A stretch of 52,096 nt of DNA from an uncultured Pseudomonadota bacterium (lineage in GTDB: Bacteria; SAR324; NAC60-12), in NCBI GenBank assembly GCA_964597275.1, contig CAZQXS010000005.1:5441-57536 (forward strand). Direction: 5' to 3'. Under the pieces are notes generated by a model. The model was not told the DNA's origin and did no database searches. It saw only the letters and a list, made by a program, of their open reading frames with translations. The position numbers were made by a program, and so were the translations under genes. This document shows, in pieces, positions 20,696 to 31,112 of the stretch. Position 1 is the stretch's first letter, and every line of letters begins with the position of its first letter.

Positions 20696-21315
20696 CAGTT
20701 CAGCCTCTGGGTGAAGTCGTCCAACCCGCCCTTGACAAAGATCACGTTCGGGAACCGCATCAGTTCGTAAGTGTTCACGTTGCGGCCCGTCATCACATGC
20801 ACGTCCGGAAGGTTCCGGGAGGCCCGCTCCAGATTTTCGGAAATCGTGTCGGTCACGATCAGCACCTTGCCCTCGACCAACTGCCCAAGCAGTTTCCGGA
20901 GGTTCTTGGTCTTGTGGTCGGCCAGTTCCAGCGAGTCCAAAACCTGAACATAGCCCTGCCGGACCTTCTCGGCAAAGAGGGAGCACAAGGCGAGCTTGCG
21001 GACCTTCTTGTTCAGCTTGGTGGAGTAGTCGCGGGGCTTGGGACCGAAGGTGACGCCGCCGTGTCGGCGGATCGGGGATTTCGCGCTGCCCGCACGGGCG
21101 TTGCCGGTTCCCTTCTGGCGGTAGAGCTTGCGGGTGCTGTAGGAAACCTCCGCCCGTGTTTTGGTGGAGTGGCTTCCCTGGCGCTTGCCTGCAAGGTAGT
21201 GGACCACTGCCTCCTTCACCACCTGCGGGTGATAGGACGTCTCCAGAATCTGGTCCGCAATCTCCAGTTCGCCGACGGCCTGCTTTGCGGTGTCAATGGT
21301 TTGCAATTTTGCCAT
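20695..21315 (-). CDS. rplD: 50S ribosomal protein L4
   Basis: RQGSHSTKTRAEV, RQKGTGNARAGS, GGVTFGPKPR, RNLP. Confidence 0.97.
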   Translation of the reverse strand: MAKLQTIDTAKQAVGELEIADQILETSYHPQVVKEAVVHYLAGKRQGSHSTKTRAEVSYSTRKLYRQKGTGNARAGSAKSPIRRHGGVTFGPKPRDYSTKLNKKVRKLALCSLFAEKVRQGYVQVLDSLELADHKTKNLRKLLGQLVEGKVLIVTDTISENLERASRNLPDVHVMTGRNVNTYELMRFPNVIFVKGGLDDFTQRLN

Positions 21316-21332
21316 GATCCGTGTCCTTGCCG

Positions 21333-21644
21333 TCAGTCTTCCTGTTTGATCGCGATGTCCACCCCCGCAGAGACATCGAGCCGCATGAGGGCGTCCATGG
21401 TCTGGGGAGTGGCGTCCTTGATGTAGAGCAGCCGCTTGTGAGTCCGGGTCTCGAACTGCTCCCGCGACTTCTTGTCAACGTGCGGGGAACGCAGCACGGT
21501 GTAACGGCTGATGCGCGTTGGCAAGGGGATAGGCCCCACAATGTCTGCCCCCGTGCGCCGCACCGTGTGCACGATCTCCCCGACCGTCTGGTCGAGAAGC
21601 TTGTCGTCGTAGGCCTTGAACCGGACCTTGATCTTCTGCTCCAT
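21333..21644 (-). CDS. rpsJ: 30S ribosomal protein S10
   Basis: [30 protein letters not shown]. Confidence 0.97.
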   Translation of the reverse strand: MEQKIKVRFKAYDDKLLDQTVGEIVHTVRRTGADIVGPIPLPTRISRYTVLRSPHVDKKSREQFETRTHKRLLYIKDATPQTMDALMRLDVSAGVDIAIKQED

Positions 21645-21664
21645 AAATCAGAACTCGTCGCGAA

Positions 21665-22864
21665 TCACTTGATCACTTCCGTCACCACGCCGGAGCCGAT
21701 CGTCCGGCCTCCTTCGCGGATGGCGAAGCGCACTTCTTTCTCAAGCGCAATCGGGGTGATTAGTTCCACCGTCATTTCCACATTGTCCCCCGGCATCACC
21801 ATCTCCACGTTCTCCGGAAGGTGGACCACCCCGGTCACATCCGTGGTGCGAAAGTAGAACTGCGGGCGGTAGTTGGTGAAGAACGGTGTGTGGCGTCCCC
21901 CCTCTTCCTTGGTGAGGACGTACACCTGCGATTTGAAATCGGTGTGCGGGGTGATCGAACCCGGCTTGCAGATGACCTGCCCGCGCTCAAGCTCCTCACG
22001 CTTCAGTCCGCGCAACAGCAAACCAACGTTGTCGCCGGCCTGCCCCTGATCGAGGGTCTTGCGGAACATCTCCACCCCCGTGACTGTGGTCTTTTGGGTG
22101 TCGCGGATGCCGACGATCTCGATCTCTTCGCCCGTGTTGACAATGCCGCGCTCAATGCGCCCCGTGGCAACCGTGCCGCGTCCGGAAATCGTGAAGACAT
22201 CTTCAACGGACATCAGCAACGGCTTGTCCAAGTCGCGCGTCGGCTCCGGCACGTGAGCATCAACGGCGTCCATCAGCTCAACAATCGGCTTGTACACGTC
22301 ATCGCTCGGTTCGGTGGAGCCGGACTCCACAGCAGCCAGAGCGGAACCCTTGATGATCGGGATGTCGTCACCGGGGAAGTCGTAGGAGCCCAGCAGTTCG
22401 CGCACTTCCATCTCGACCAGTTCGAGCAGTTCCTCATCGTCCACCTGGTCCACCTTGTTCATGAAGACCACCAAGTGCGGGACGTTGACCTGACGCGCCA
22501 GCAGGATGTGCTCGCGAGTCTGAGGCATGGGGCCGTCGGCAGCCGAAACCACCAGAATGCCGCCGTCCATCTGGGCTGCGCCCGTGATCATGTTCTTCAC
22601 ATAGTCGGCGTGTCCGGGGCAGTCAACGTGAGCGTAGTGCCGACTGTCGGTCTGGTACTCGATGTGCGCCGTGGCGATGGTGATCCCCCGTTCCTTTTCT
22701 TCCGGGGCTGCATCGATCTGTTCGTAGTCCATTGCCTGCGCCTGTCCTTTCATCGCAAGCACCTTGGTGATCGCGGCGGTCAGCGTCGTCTTGCCGTGGT
22801 CCACGTGTCCAATCGTGCCCACGTTCACATGCGGTTTGGACCGCTCGAACTTCTCTCGTGCCAT
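21665..22864 (-). CDS. tuf: Elongation factor Tu
   Basis: [38 protein letters not shown]. Confidence 0.99.
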   Translation of the reverse strand: MAREKFERSKPHVNVGTIGHVDHGKTTLTAAITKVLAMKGQAQAMDYEQIDAAPEEKERGITIATAHIEYQTDSRHYAHVDCPGHADYVKNMITGAAQMDGGILVVSAADGPMPQTREHILLARQVNVPHLVVFMNKVDQVDDEELLELVEMEVRELLGSYDFPGDDIPIIKGSALAAVESGSTEPSDDVYKPIVELMDAVDAHVPEPTRDLDKPLLMSVEDVFTISGRGTVATGRIERGIVNTGEEIEIVGIRDTQKTTVTGVEMFRKTLDQGQAGDNVGLLLRGLKREELERGQVICKPGSITPHTDFKSQVYVLTKEEGGRHTPFFTNYRPQFYFRTTDVTGVVHLPENVEMVMPGDNVEMTVELITPIALEKEVRFAIREGGRTIGSGVVTEVIK

Positions 22865-22934
22865 TGGGTTCTCCTGTCTTGCTGAGGTTCACTCACTTGA
22901 GTGGGGCTGCCATGCAGCCGTTCTTGTTTAAGTC

Positions 22935-25022
<2,088 letters not shown>

Positions 25023-25067
25023 GACAGAGATGCTCAGAAGCGGACAGTGGGGTTCATGAACACAGGA

Positions 25068-25541
25068 TCACCAGCGGTAATGTGCAAACGCCTTGTTGGC
25101 CTCTGCCATCTTAAAGGTGTCCTCGCGCTTCTTGACGGAGGAACCCCGGCTGTTGAACGCATCCATCAGTTCGTCGGCAAGCTTGGCTCGCATCGAACGG
25201 CCGCTGCGGGCGTTGGCGTATTGGATTAGCCAGCGGATGGCCAAGGACTGGCTGCGCAAGGTGCGCACTTCCATCGGAACCTGATAGGTCGAGCCACCCA
25301 CGCGGCGGGAGCGGACTTCCACCGCAGGCTTGACGTTCTCGATGGCCGCATGGAACACCTCCAGCGGTGCGGCTTCTTCCTCGCGCTGCGAGATGATGTC
25401 CAGCGCCCCGTAGAGGATTTTCTCGGCTACGCCCTTCTTGCCGTTGCGCATCAGGCAGTTGATGAACTTGCTCACCAACACGTCGTTGTGCTTGGGGTCC
25501 GGGAGAATTTTGCGTTGCTCCGCCTTGCGTCGTCTTGACAT
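25068..25541 (-). CDS. rpsG: 30S ribosomal protein S7
   Basis: [32 protein letters not shown]. Confidence 0.98.
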   Translation of the reverse strand: MSRRRKAEQRKILPDPKHNDVLVSKFINCLMRNGKKGVAEKILYGALDIISQREEEAAPLEVFHAAIENVKPAVEVRSRRVGGSTYQVPMEVRTLRSQSLAIRWLIQYANARSGRSMRAKLADELMDAFNSRGSSVKKREDTFKMAEANKAFAHYRW

Positions 25542-25547
25542 AGGATT

Positions 25548-25919
25548 CTACTGATTCTTCTTGGCGCCGTACTTGGAGCGAGCCTTCATGCGACCCTTCA
25601 CCCCCACCGTGTCAAGCGCGCCCCGGATGATGTGGTAGCGGCACCCCGGAAGGTCCTTCACGCGACCGCCCCGGATCAGGACCACCGAGTGTTCCTGAAG
25701 GTTGTGCCCGACTCCCGGAATGTAGCTGATGACCTCGATGCCGTTCGTGAGTCGCACCTTGGCGACCTTGCGCAGGGCAGAGTTCGGCTTTTTCGGGGTG
25801 GAAGTGTACACGCGCACACAGACACCGCGCTTCTGCGGGCAAGCCTGCAACGCCGGGGTGTCCTTCTTGACGGTCTTGTGCTTGCGTCCTTTGCGGACGA
25901 GCTGATTCAGGGTCGGCAT
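25548..25919 (-). CDS. rpsL: 30S ribosomal protein S12
   Basis: [27 protein letters not shown]. Confidence 0.98.
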   Translation of the reverse strand: MPTLNQLVRKGRKHKTVKKDTPALQACPQKRGVCVRVYTSTPKKPNSALRKVAKVRLTNGIEVISYIPGVGHNLQEHSVVLIRGGRVKDLPGCRYHIIRGALDTVGVKGRMKARSKYGAKKNQ

Positions 25920-25973
25920 AATACGGTGAAACGCTGCTCGAAAATGGTCCTGCCTTCAATTAGGCAAACAGTA

Positions 25974-26002
25974 AATCTAACACCCTGATACAAATTCGTC
26001 AA
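25974..26002 (-). promoter_or_regulatory. Sigma70-type promoter of the ribosomal protein cluster
   Basis: Minus strand TTGACG-17 nt-TAGATT with an extended -10 TG, in the AT-rich gap 55 nt upstream of rpsL. Confidence 0.7.
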
Positions 26003-26022
26003 CAGAAAAACGGCCTTGCCCC

Positions 26023-28503
26023 TCAAACAACAATGTTCACCAGCCGATTCGGCACCACGATCACCTTGCGGACGCTTTGCCCGGAGAGATGCGGCTGGAT
26101 TTTTTCGGAGGCCAGCGCCAGCCGCTCGACCTCCGTGCGCTCCAGCCCCGCAGGCACCTCAAGGCGGTCCCGGAGCTTGCCGTTGACCTGCACCACGAGG
26201 GTGACGAGATCATCTGCCGCCAGCGTCTCGTCATGCTCCGGCCACGGCTGGAGGTGGACACTGCCCGTGTCCGGACAGCGGCGTTGCCACAGTTCTTCCG
26301 CGATGTGCGGGGCCAGCGGCGCAAGCAGCAGCAGCAAGGCCCGGACGGCCTCTTCCTGAAGCTCGCCGCCAATCTGTTCGCCCTCGCTGCGCAACTGGTT
26401 CCGGAAGGACATCAGCGCGGCAATTGCGGTGTTGAAGCGGAAGTGCTGGAGGTCGTCCGTGACCTTCTTGATCGTCTGGTGCAGGGCGCGGCGGACCTTC
26501 TGCTCGGCCTCGGCGTTTTCGGACACCTCCGAAGTTTCTTGCAAGGCCAGCGTCCACACCGAGCGCAGGAAGCGCGACGCCCCTTCGATGCCATGCGGGT
26601 TCCACGGCGCTCCGGCATCCCACGGCCCAAGGAACATCAGGTACAGCCGCACCGTGTCCGTACCGTAGTGCTGCACGAGGTCGTCCGGATTGACCACGTT
26701 GCCCCGGCTCTTGGACATCTTCTCGTGGTCCTCGCCGAGGATCATGCCCTGATTGAAAAGCCGTGTGGCCGGTTCCCGGAAGTCCAGCAGGCCCATGTCC
26801 GCGAGCGCCTTGGTGTAGAAGCGAAAGTAGAGCAGGTGCATGGTGGCGTGCTCGATGCCTCCGGTGTACTGATCCACCGGACCCCACGCCCGCATGGTTT
26901 CCAGATCCCACGGCTGGGAGTCCTTGGCAAGTGTCGCGCCCCGTTGCCAGTACGGCGCGAGGTAGCCGTAGTAGTACCACGAGGAGCAGATGAAGGTGTC
27001 CATAGTGTCGGTCTCGCGCTCGGCGGCACCGCCACACTTCGGACAGGTGGCTTGCAGGAAGCCCTGATGGTGCTTGAGCGGGCTTTCGCCCGTCGGCTTG
27101 AACTGTGCGTCGTCCGGCAGTTCCACCGGAAGCTGCTCGTAAGGCACGGGCTGCATCCCGCAGTCGTTACAGTACACCACCGGGATCGGCGTGCCCCACA
27201 TGCGCTGGCGGCTGATCAGCCAGTCGCGGATGCGGTAGTTGACCTGCCGCTCGCCCAAGCCCTCGCGCTCCATGTGGGCCGCCACCGAGTCAAAGCTCTG
27301 CGGCCAGCGCAGCCCGTCAAATCCGGGGCTGTTGACCATCACGGAGCCAGCCTTGTCGGTGAACAACGTTTCCAGAGAGTCGGCATCGGGCGCGTTGTCG
27401 CGCTGGCCTTCCGGGACGATCACGGTCGGCGTGGGCAGACCGTACTTGCAGGCAAACGCAAAATCGCGCTCGTCGTGCGCAGGCACCGCCATGATCGCGC
27501 CCGTCCCGTAGGAGGCCATCACATAGTCGGCGATCCAGATCGGCACCTCGGCCCCGTTCATGGGATTGATCGCGTAGGCTCCGGTGAAAACGCCGTCCTT
27601 CTCCTTGCCCTCCGCCGTGCGCTCGATCTCGTCCTTGCGGGCCGCCGCCTCGCAATACGCCTGCACCACCTCCTGCTGCTCCGGCGTGGTGATCTGCTCC
27701 ACCAGCGCATGCTCCGGAGCCAGCACACAGAAGGTCATGCCGAACACCGTGTCCGGGCGAGTCGTGAACACTCGGAATGACTGCTCCTCGGCCCCTGCGA
27801 TTTTCAGCGCAAACTCCACCCCCTCGCTGCGTCCGATCCAGTTGGTCTGCATCGCCTTGACCTTCTCCGGCCACTCCAGCCCTGAGAAGTCGAGCAGCTC
27901 CTCCACGTACTTGGTGATGCACAGCTTCCACTGGTTGAGTTCCTTCTTCACCACCGGGTTGCTGCACCGCTCGCACAGCCGCTCCTCGCCCCACACCTGC
28001 TCGCGGGCCAGCGTCGTCTGACAGTGGTTGCAGAAATCCACGGGCGCGTACTCGCGGTACGCCAAGCCCATTTCCAGCATTCGCAGGAAGAACCACTGGC
28101 TCCACTTGTAGTAGTCCGGATCGCAGCTCACGACCTCGTTCTTCCACGCAAACATGTTCCCCATCGTGCGCAACTGCCCGCGCATGCGCTCGATGTTCTG
28201 GTAGGTCCACTCCTTGGGATGGATGTTGTGCTTGATCGCCGCGTTCTCCGCCGGAAGCCCAAAGGCGTCAAAGCCAATCGGGAAGAAGACCTCGTGCCCG
28301 CGCATCTTCAGAAAACGCGCGTAGGCGTCCGAGGGCGCCATCGCGTACCAGTGCCCGATGTGCAAATCTCCGGAGGGGTAGGGCAACATGGTCAGCATGT
28401 AGAACTTGGGACGCTCCGGATTCAGCTCCGGGTCAAGCTGGCCGCTCTGCTCCCAGTGCTGCTGCCACTTCGATTCGATCTCGCTGGGGACGTACTCCTG
28501 CAT
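26023..28503 (-). CDS. leuS: Leucine--tRNA ligase
   Basis: MLPYPSG.LHIGH, GFDAFGLPAENAA, FTTRPDT editing domain, DWLISRQR, KMSKS; ATG at 28503 preferred. Confidence 0.97.
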   Translation of the reverse strand: MQEYVPSEIESKWQQHWEQSGQLDPELNPERPKFYMLTMLPYPSGDLHIGHWYAMAPSDAYARFLKMRGHEVFFPIGFDAFGLPAENAAIKHNIHPKEWTYQNIERMRGQLRTMGNMFAWKNEVVSCDPDYYKWSQWFFLRMLEMGLAYREYAPVDFCNHCQTTLAREQVWGEERLCERCSNPVVKKELNQWKLCITKYVEELLDFSGLEWPEKVKAMQTNWIGRSEGVEFALKIAGAEEQSFRVFTTRPDTVFGMTFCVLAPEHALVEQITTPEQQEVVQAYCEAAARKDEIERTAEGKEKDGVFTGAYAINPMNGAEVPIWIADYVMASYGTGAIMAVPAHDERDFAFACKYGLPTPTVIVPEGQRDNAPDADSLETLFTDKAGSVMVNSPGFDGLRWPQSFDSVAAHMEREGLGERQVNYRIRDWLISRQRMWGTPIPVVYCNDCGMQPVPYEQLPVELPDDAQFKPTGESPLKHHQGFLQATCPKCGGAAERETDTMDTFICSSWYYYGYLAPYWQRGATLAKDSQPWDLETMRAWGPVDQYTGGIEHATMHLLYFRFYTKALADMGLLDFREPATRLFNQGMILGEDHEKMSKSRGNVVNPDDLVQHYGTDTVRLYLMFLGPWDAGAPWNPHGIEGASRFLRSVWTLALQETSEVSENAEAEQKVRRALHQTIKKVTDDLQHFRFNTAIAALMSFRNQLRSEGEQIGGELQEEAVRALLLLLAPLAPHIAEELWQRRCPDTGSVHLQPWPEHDETLAADDLVTLVVQVNGKLRDRLEVPAGLERTEVERLALASEKIQPHLSGQSVRKVIVVPNRLVNIVV

Positions 28504-28804
28504 GGCTTGGTAAACCTGTGGGTTGGTCCGCACCCCTCTCTTGGGGTGGCGGGAAAGCAAATAGATCATTATTCGGGGGTTCCCGGAGAAGGACAATCCA
28601 AAAGGCGGGGCTGGCTCCGGTTACACCGGACCTCGGTGCTGATCGTCGGCTTGTGGTGCTTCAGCACCGCCGCAATCTCGCTGTGCGGGCGGCCTGCTTG
28701 TAAAAGCGCCGTAATCTGGTAGCGTTCTTCCTGAGTGAACTGCGCTTACGAAATTGAATGTGAATGCGCTTGCAACCGTGCAAATGAATGACGAGTTGTT
28801 GACC

Positions 28805-29593
28805 ATGATGCTGGAAGGCGCAACCCTCCTCCGCTTGGGAGTGTTCACCGGAGTCTTGTTGATGATGGCGGTGCTGGAGCAGGCTTTCCCGCGACGGCGG
28901 CGGGCGGCTTCCCGGCCCTTGCGCTGGGTGAACAATCTGGCACTGGTGTTTCTGAACTCCGTGCTGGTGCGCCTCCTGCTTCCGGTGTCGCTGATCGGGT
29001 TCGCCGACATCGTTGCGGCCCAGGGCTGGGGGCTGTTCAATCTGATGGCAGGGCCGTTCTGGCTCCATGTTTTGCTCTCGCTGATCCTGCTGGATTTGGC
29101 AATTTATCTTCAGCACCGCCTGCTCCATGCCGTGCCTGCCCTCTGGCGGCTGCATCGGCTGCATCATGCCGACCTGGACTACGACACCACCACGGGACTG
29201 CGCTTCCACCCGCTTGAAATCCTGCTGTCCATGATCTTCAAGTTTGCGCTGGTGGTCCTGCTCGGTGTTCCGGCAGTAGCGGTGTTGGTGTTTGAGGTGG
29301 TGCTGAACGGCATGGCCCTCTTCAACCACGCCAATGTGAACATTCCCGCCGGAATGGATCGCTTCCTGCGGACCTTTGTGGTGACGCCCGACTTTCATCG
29401 GGTGCATCATTCCATCCAACCGCAGGAAACCAACAGCAACTTCGGATTCAACCTCTCCTGCTGGGATCGCCTGTTCCGCAGCTATCGCCCCCAGCCGGAG
29501 GACGGCCACTTGGGCATGACCATCGGCTTGGCACAATTCCGGGAGATGGACGAGTTGCGGCTGGATCGGATGCTGGGGCAGCCCTTTCGCTAG
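28805..29593 (+). CDS. Sterol desaturase / fatty acid hydroxylase family membrane protein
   Basis: His boxes HRLLH, HRLHH, HRVHH; RFHPLE, NHAN, SNFG, WDRLF; start uncertain (28754-28808). Confidence 0.88.
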   Translation: MMLEGATLLRLGVFTGVLLMMAVLEQAFPRRRRAASRPLRWVNNLALVFLNSVLVRLLLPVSLIGFADIVAAQGWGLFNLMAGPFWLHVLLSLILLDLAIYLQHRLLHAVPALWRLHRLHHADLDYDTTTGLRFHPLEILLSMIFKFALVVLLGVPAVAVLVFEVVLNGMALFNHANVNIPAGMDRFLRTFVVTPDFHRVHHSIQPQETNSNFGFNLSCWDRLFRSYRPQPEDGHLGMTIGLAQFREMDELRLDRMLGQPFR

Positions 29594-30681
29594 GCCGAAG
29601 CCCCCGGCTCCTTCAGTCCAAGGGTGTGGAGCCGTTCGCTCCAGAACTCGGTCCATGTGGGTTCCGGCTTCACGGCCATCGTCAGCACCCATCCCGATTC
29701 CGCAAGTTCCGGGAAGGCCCGGAGCTTGACCGCGTCTTTTTCGGTCGTCACCCAAGCCTCCGCACCGCACGTTTGCAATTGCGCCTGAAGCTGGCGGGCG
29801 TCTGCGGGGGAGTAGGCATGATGATCCCGGAATCGCAGGGGGGCTTCCAGTTGGAACCCCGCGTGTTCCAGCATCCGGGAAAACCCTTCCGGCTGGGCAA
29901 TTCCGCAGACGGGCATCACGCGCATTCCTCGAATTGAATCGAGGGAGCGGGTGGTCTGGCCGTCCAAGCGCTCCAGTTGCTTCGGCAGGTAGTCGAAGCG
30001 AAAGACGGGCTTGGTGAGGCCGAGCCCGCCCTGCAACTGGTGCAACAGCACTTCCGGGTCGCCAAGGTTCGCCTTGGTGATCAGCACGGCATCGGCCCGT
30101 TCCCAATGCGAGATCGGCTCGCGGAGCGGACCAAGCGGGAGCAGGCGGCGATTGCCCAAGCCGCGCTCGGCATCCACGAGCAACAGGTTGAGATCGCGGT
30201 GCAAGGCGAGGTGCTGATAGGCATCATCCAGCACAAGGCAGTCCGGATGGTCCAGCGATTCGGCAAGACGGGCAGAGGCGCTACGGTTGGCTCCGACAAA
30301 CACAGGCGTGTCCGGGTGCCGCTGCGCGAGCAGGCAGGGTTCGTCGCCCAGCAATTCTGGAGTGCCCGGCACTCCGTCGTTCCAGCGAAAGCGCAACGGC
30401 TCCAAGTTGCTGGTGCGTCCGTAACCCCGGCTGAGCAGCGCGGCACGGTTGGGGGAAAGCGTCGTCAGCAGGTGATCGGCCACCGGAGTTTTCCCAGAGC
30501 CGCCTGCCGTGAGGTTGCCGACCGAGATCACGGGAATGTCAGGACGGTGGGTGCGCAGCCAGCCGCGTTCGTAAGCATGAACGCGAACCCGGACCAGCGC
30601 CGAGTAGAGAGCTTCCAGCGGTCCCAACGCAATCCGGTGTCCGAGCGTCGGAGGCACCGAGCCGGAAGCGAGTGCGGGCAT
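29590..30681 (-). CDS. lpxK: Tetraacyldisaccharide 4'-kinase
   Basis: VISVGNLTAGGSGKTP, LSRGYG, GDEP, LDDAYQH, GPLRE, DHHAY, TTEKDAVK. Confidence 0.95.
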   Translation of the reverse strand: MPALASGSVPPTLGHRIALGPLEALYSALVRVRVHAYERGWLRTHRPDIPVISVGNLTAGGSGKTPVADHLLTTLSPNRAALLSRGYGRTSNLEPLRFRWNDGVPGTPELLGDEPCLLAQRHPDTPVFVGANRSASARLAESLDHPDCLVLDDAYQHLALHRDLNLLLVDAERGLGNRRLLPLGPLREPISHWERADAVLITKANLGDPEVLLHQLQGGLGLTKPVFRFDYLPKQLERLDGQTTRSLDSIRGMRVMPVCGIAQPEGFSRMLEHAGFQLEAPLRFRDHHAYSPADARQLQAQLQTCGAEAWVTTEKDAVKLRAFPELAESGWVLTMAVKPEPTWTEFWSERLHTLGLKEPGASA

Positions 30682-31109
30682 CAGGCAAGCAGCCGGAAGC
30701 GAGGCTCCTGCTCGGCCCGGACATCCTCGTGCATCTGCTCCAAGAAGCCCTGGCGGATCAGTTCCTGAAGCAGTTCGTCGGTTTCCTCGGCATTGAGCCG
30801 CAGCCGCAGAAAAAGCTCGGTTCGGGTGAGCGAGCCTCCGAGACTGCGTCCGAGTTCCAACGCTTCGTGGAGGGGCGGGCGGCGGTAGGCGCGGTACTGG
30901 AAGAGGCCGTAGGCGAGCAACACCCCGCCGATCAGCACGGAGGGCAAGCCCGTGAGCGGGATGGGGTAGGGCAGGGCACTGTCGAGCAACACGAACGCCC
31001 CAAGCGCCCCGAAAATCCACGCATGGTTGCGCTCGCGGCGCTTGCGGGCATGGAAAGCCGCTTCGTCGAAGCTTCCCGGAGGCTGGGCGTTTTTGGAGGA
31101 ATCCGGCAT
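30681..31109 (-). CDS. Hypothetical membrane protein (two hydrophobic segments and a possible small helical/winged-helix C-terminal domain)
   Basis: 142 aa, tightly packed between the secretin and lpxK (TGATG overlap). Confidence 0.7.
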   Translation of the reverse strand: MPDSSKNAQPPGSFDEAAFHARKRRERNHAWIFGALGAFVLLDSALPYPIPLTGLPSVLIGGVLLAYGLFQYRAYRRPPLHEALELGRSLGGSLTRTELFLRLRLNAEETDELLQELIRQGFLEQMHEDVRAEQEPRFRLLA

Positions 31110-31112
31110 GGC

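Noticed and set aside
22890-22919. Two small hairpins between fusA and tuf (CACTCA/TGAGTG, GGCTGC/GCAGCC)
   Set aside because: The 6-bp stems are too short to distinguish from chance in GC-rich DNA.
28504-28800. Possible structured RNA or T-box in the leuS / desaturase divergent gap
   Set aside because: Only short scattered hairpins; no T-box or riboswitch consensus was recognised.
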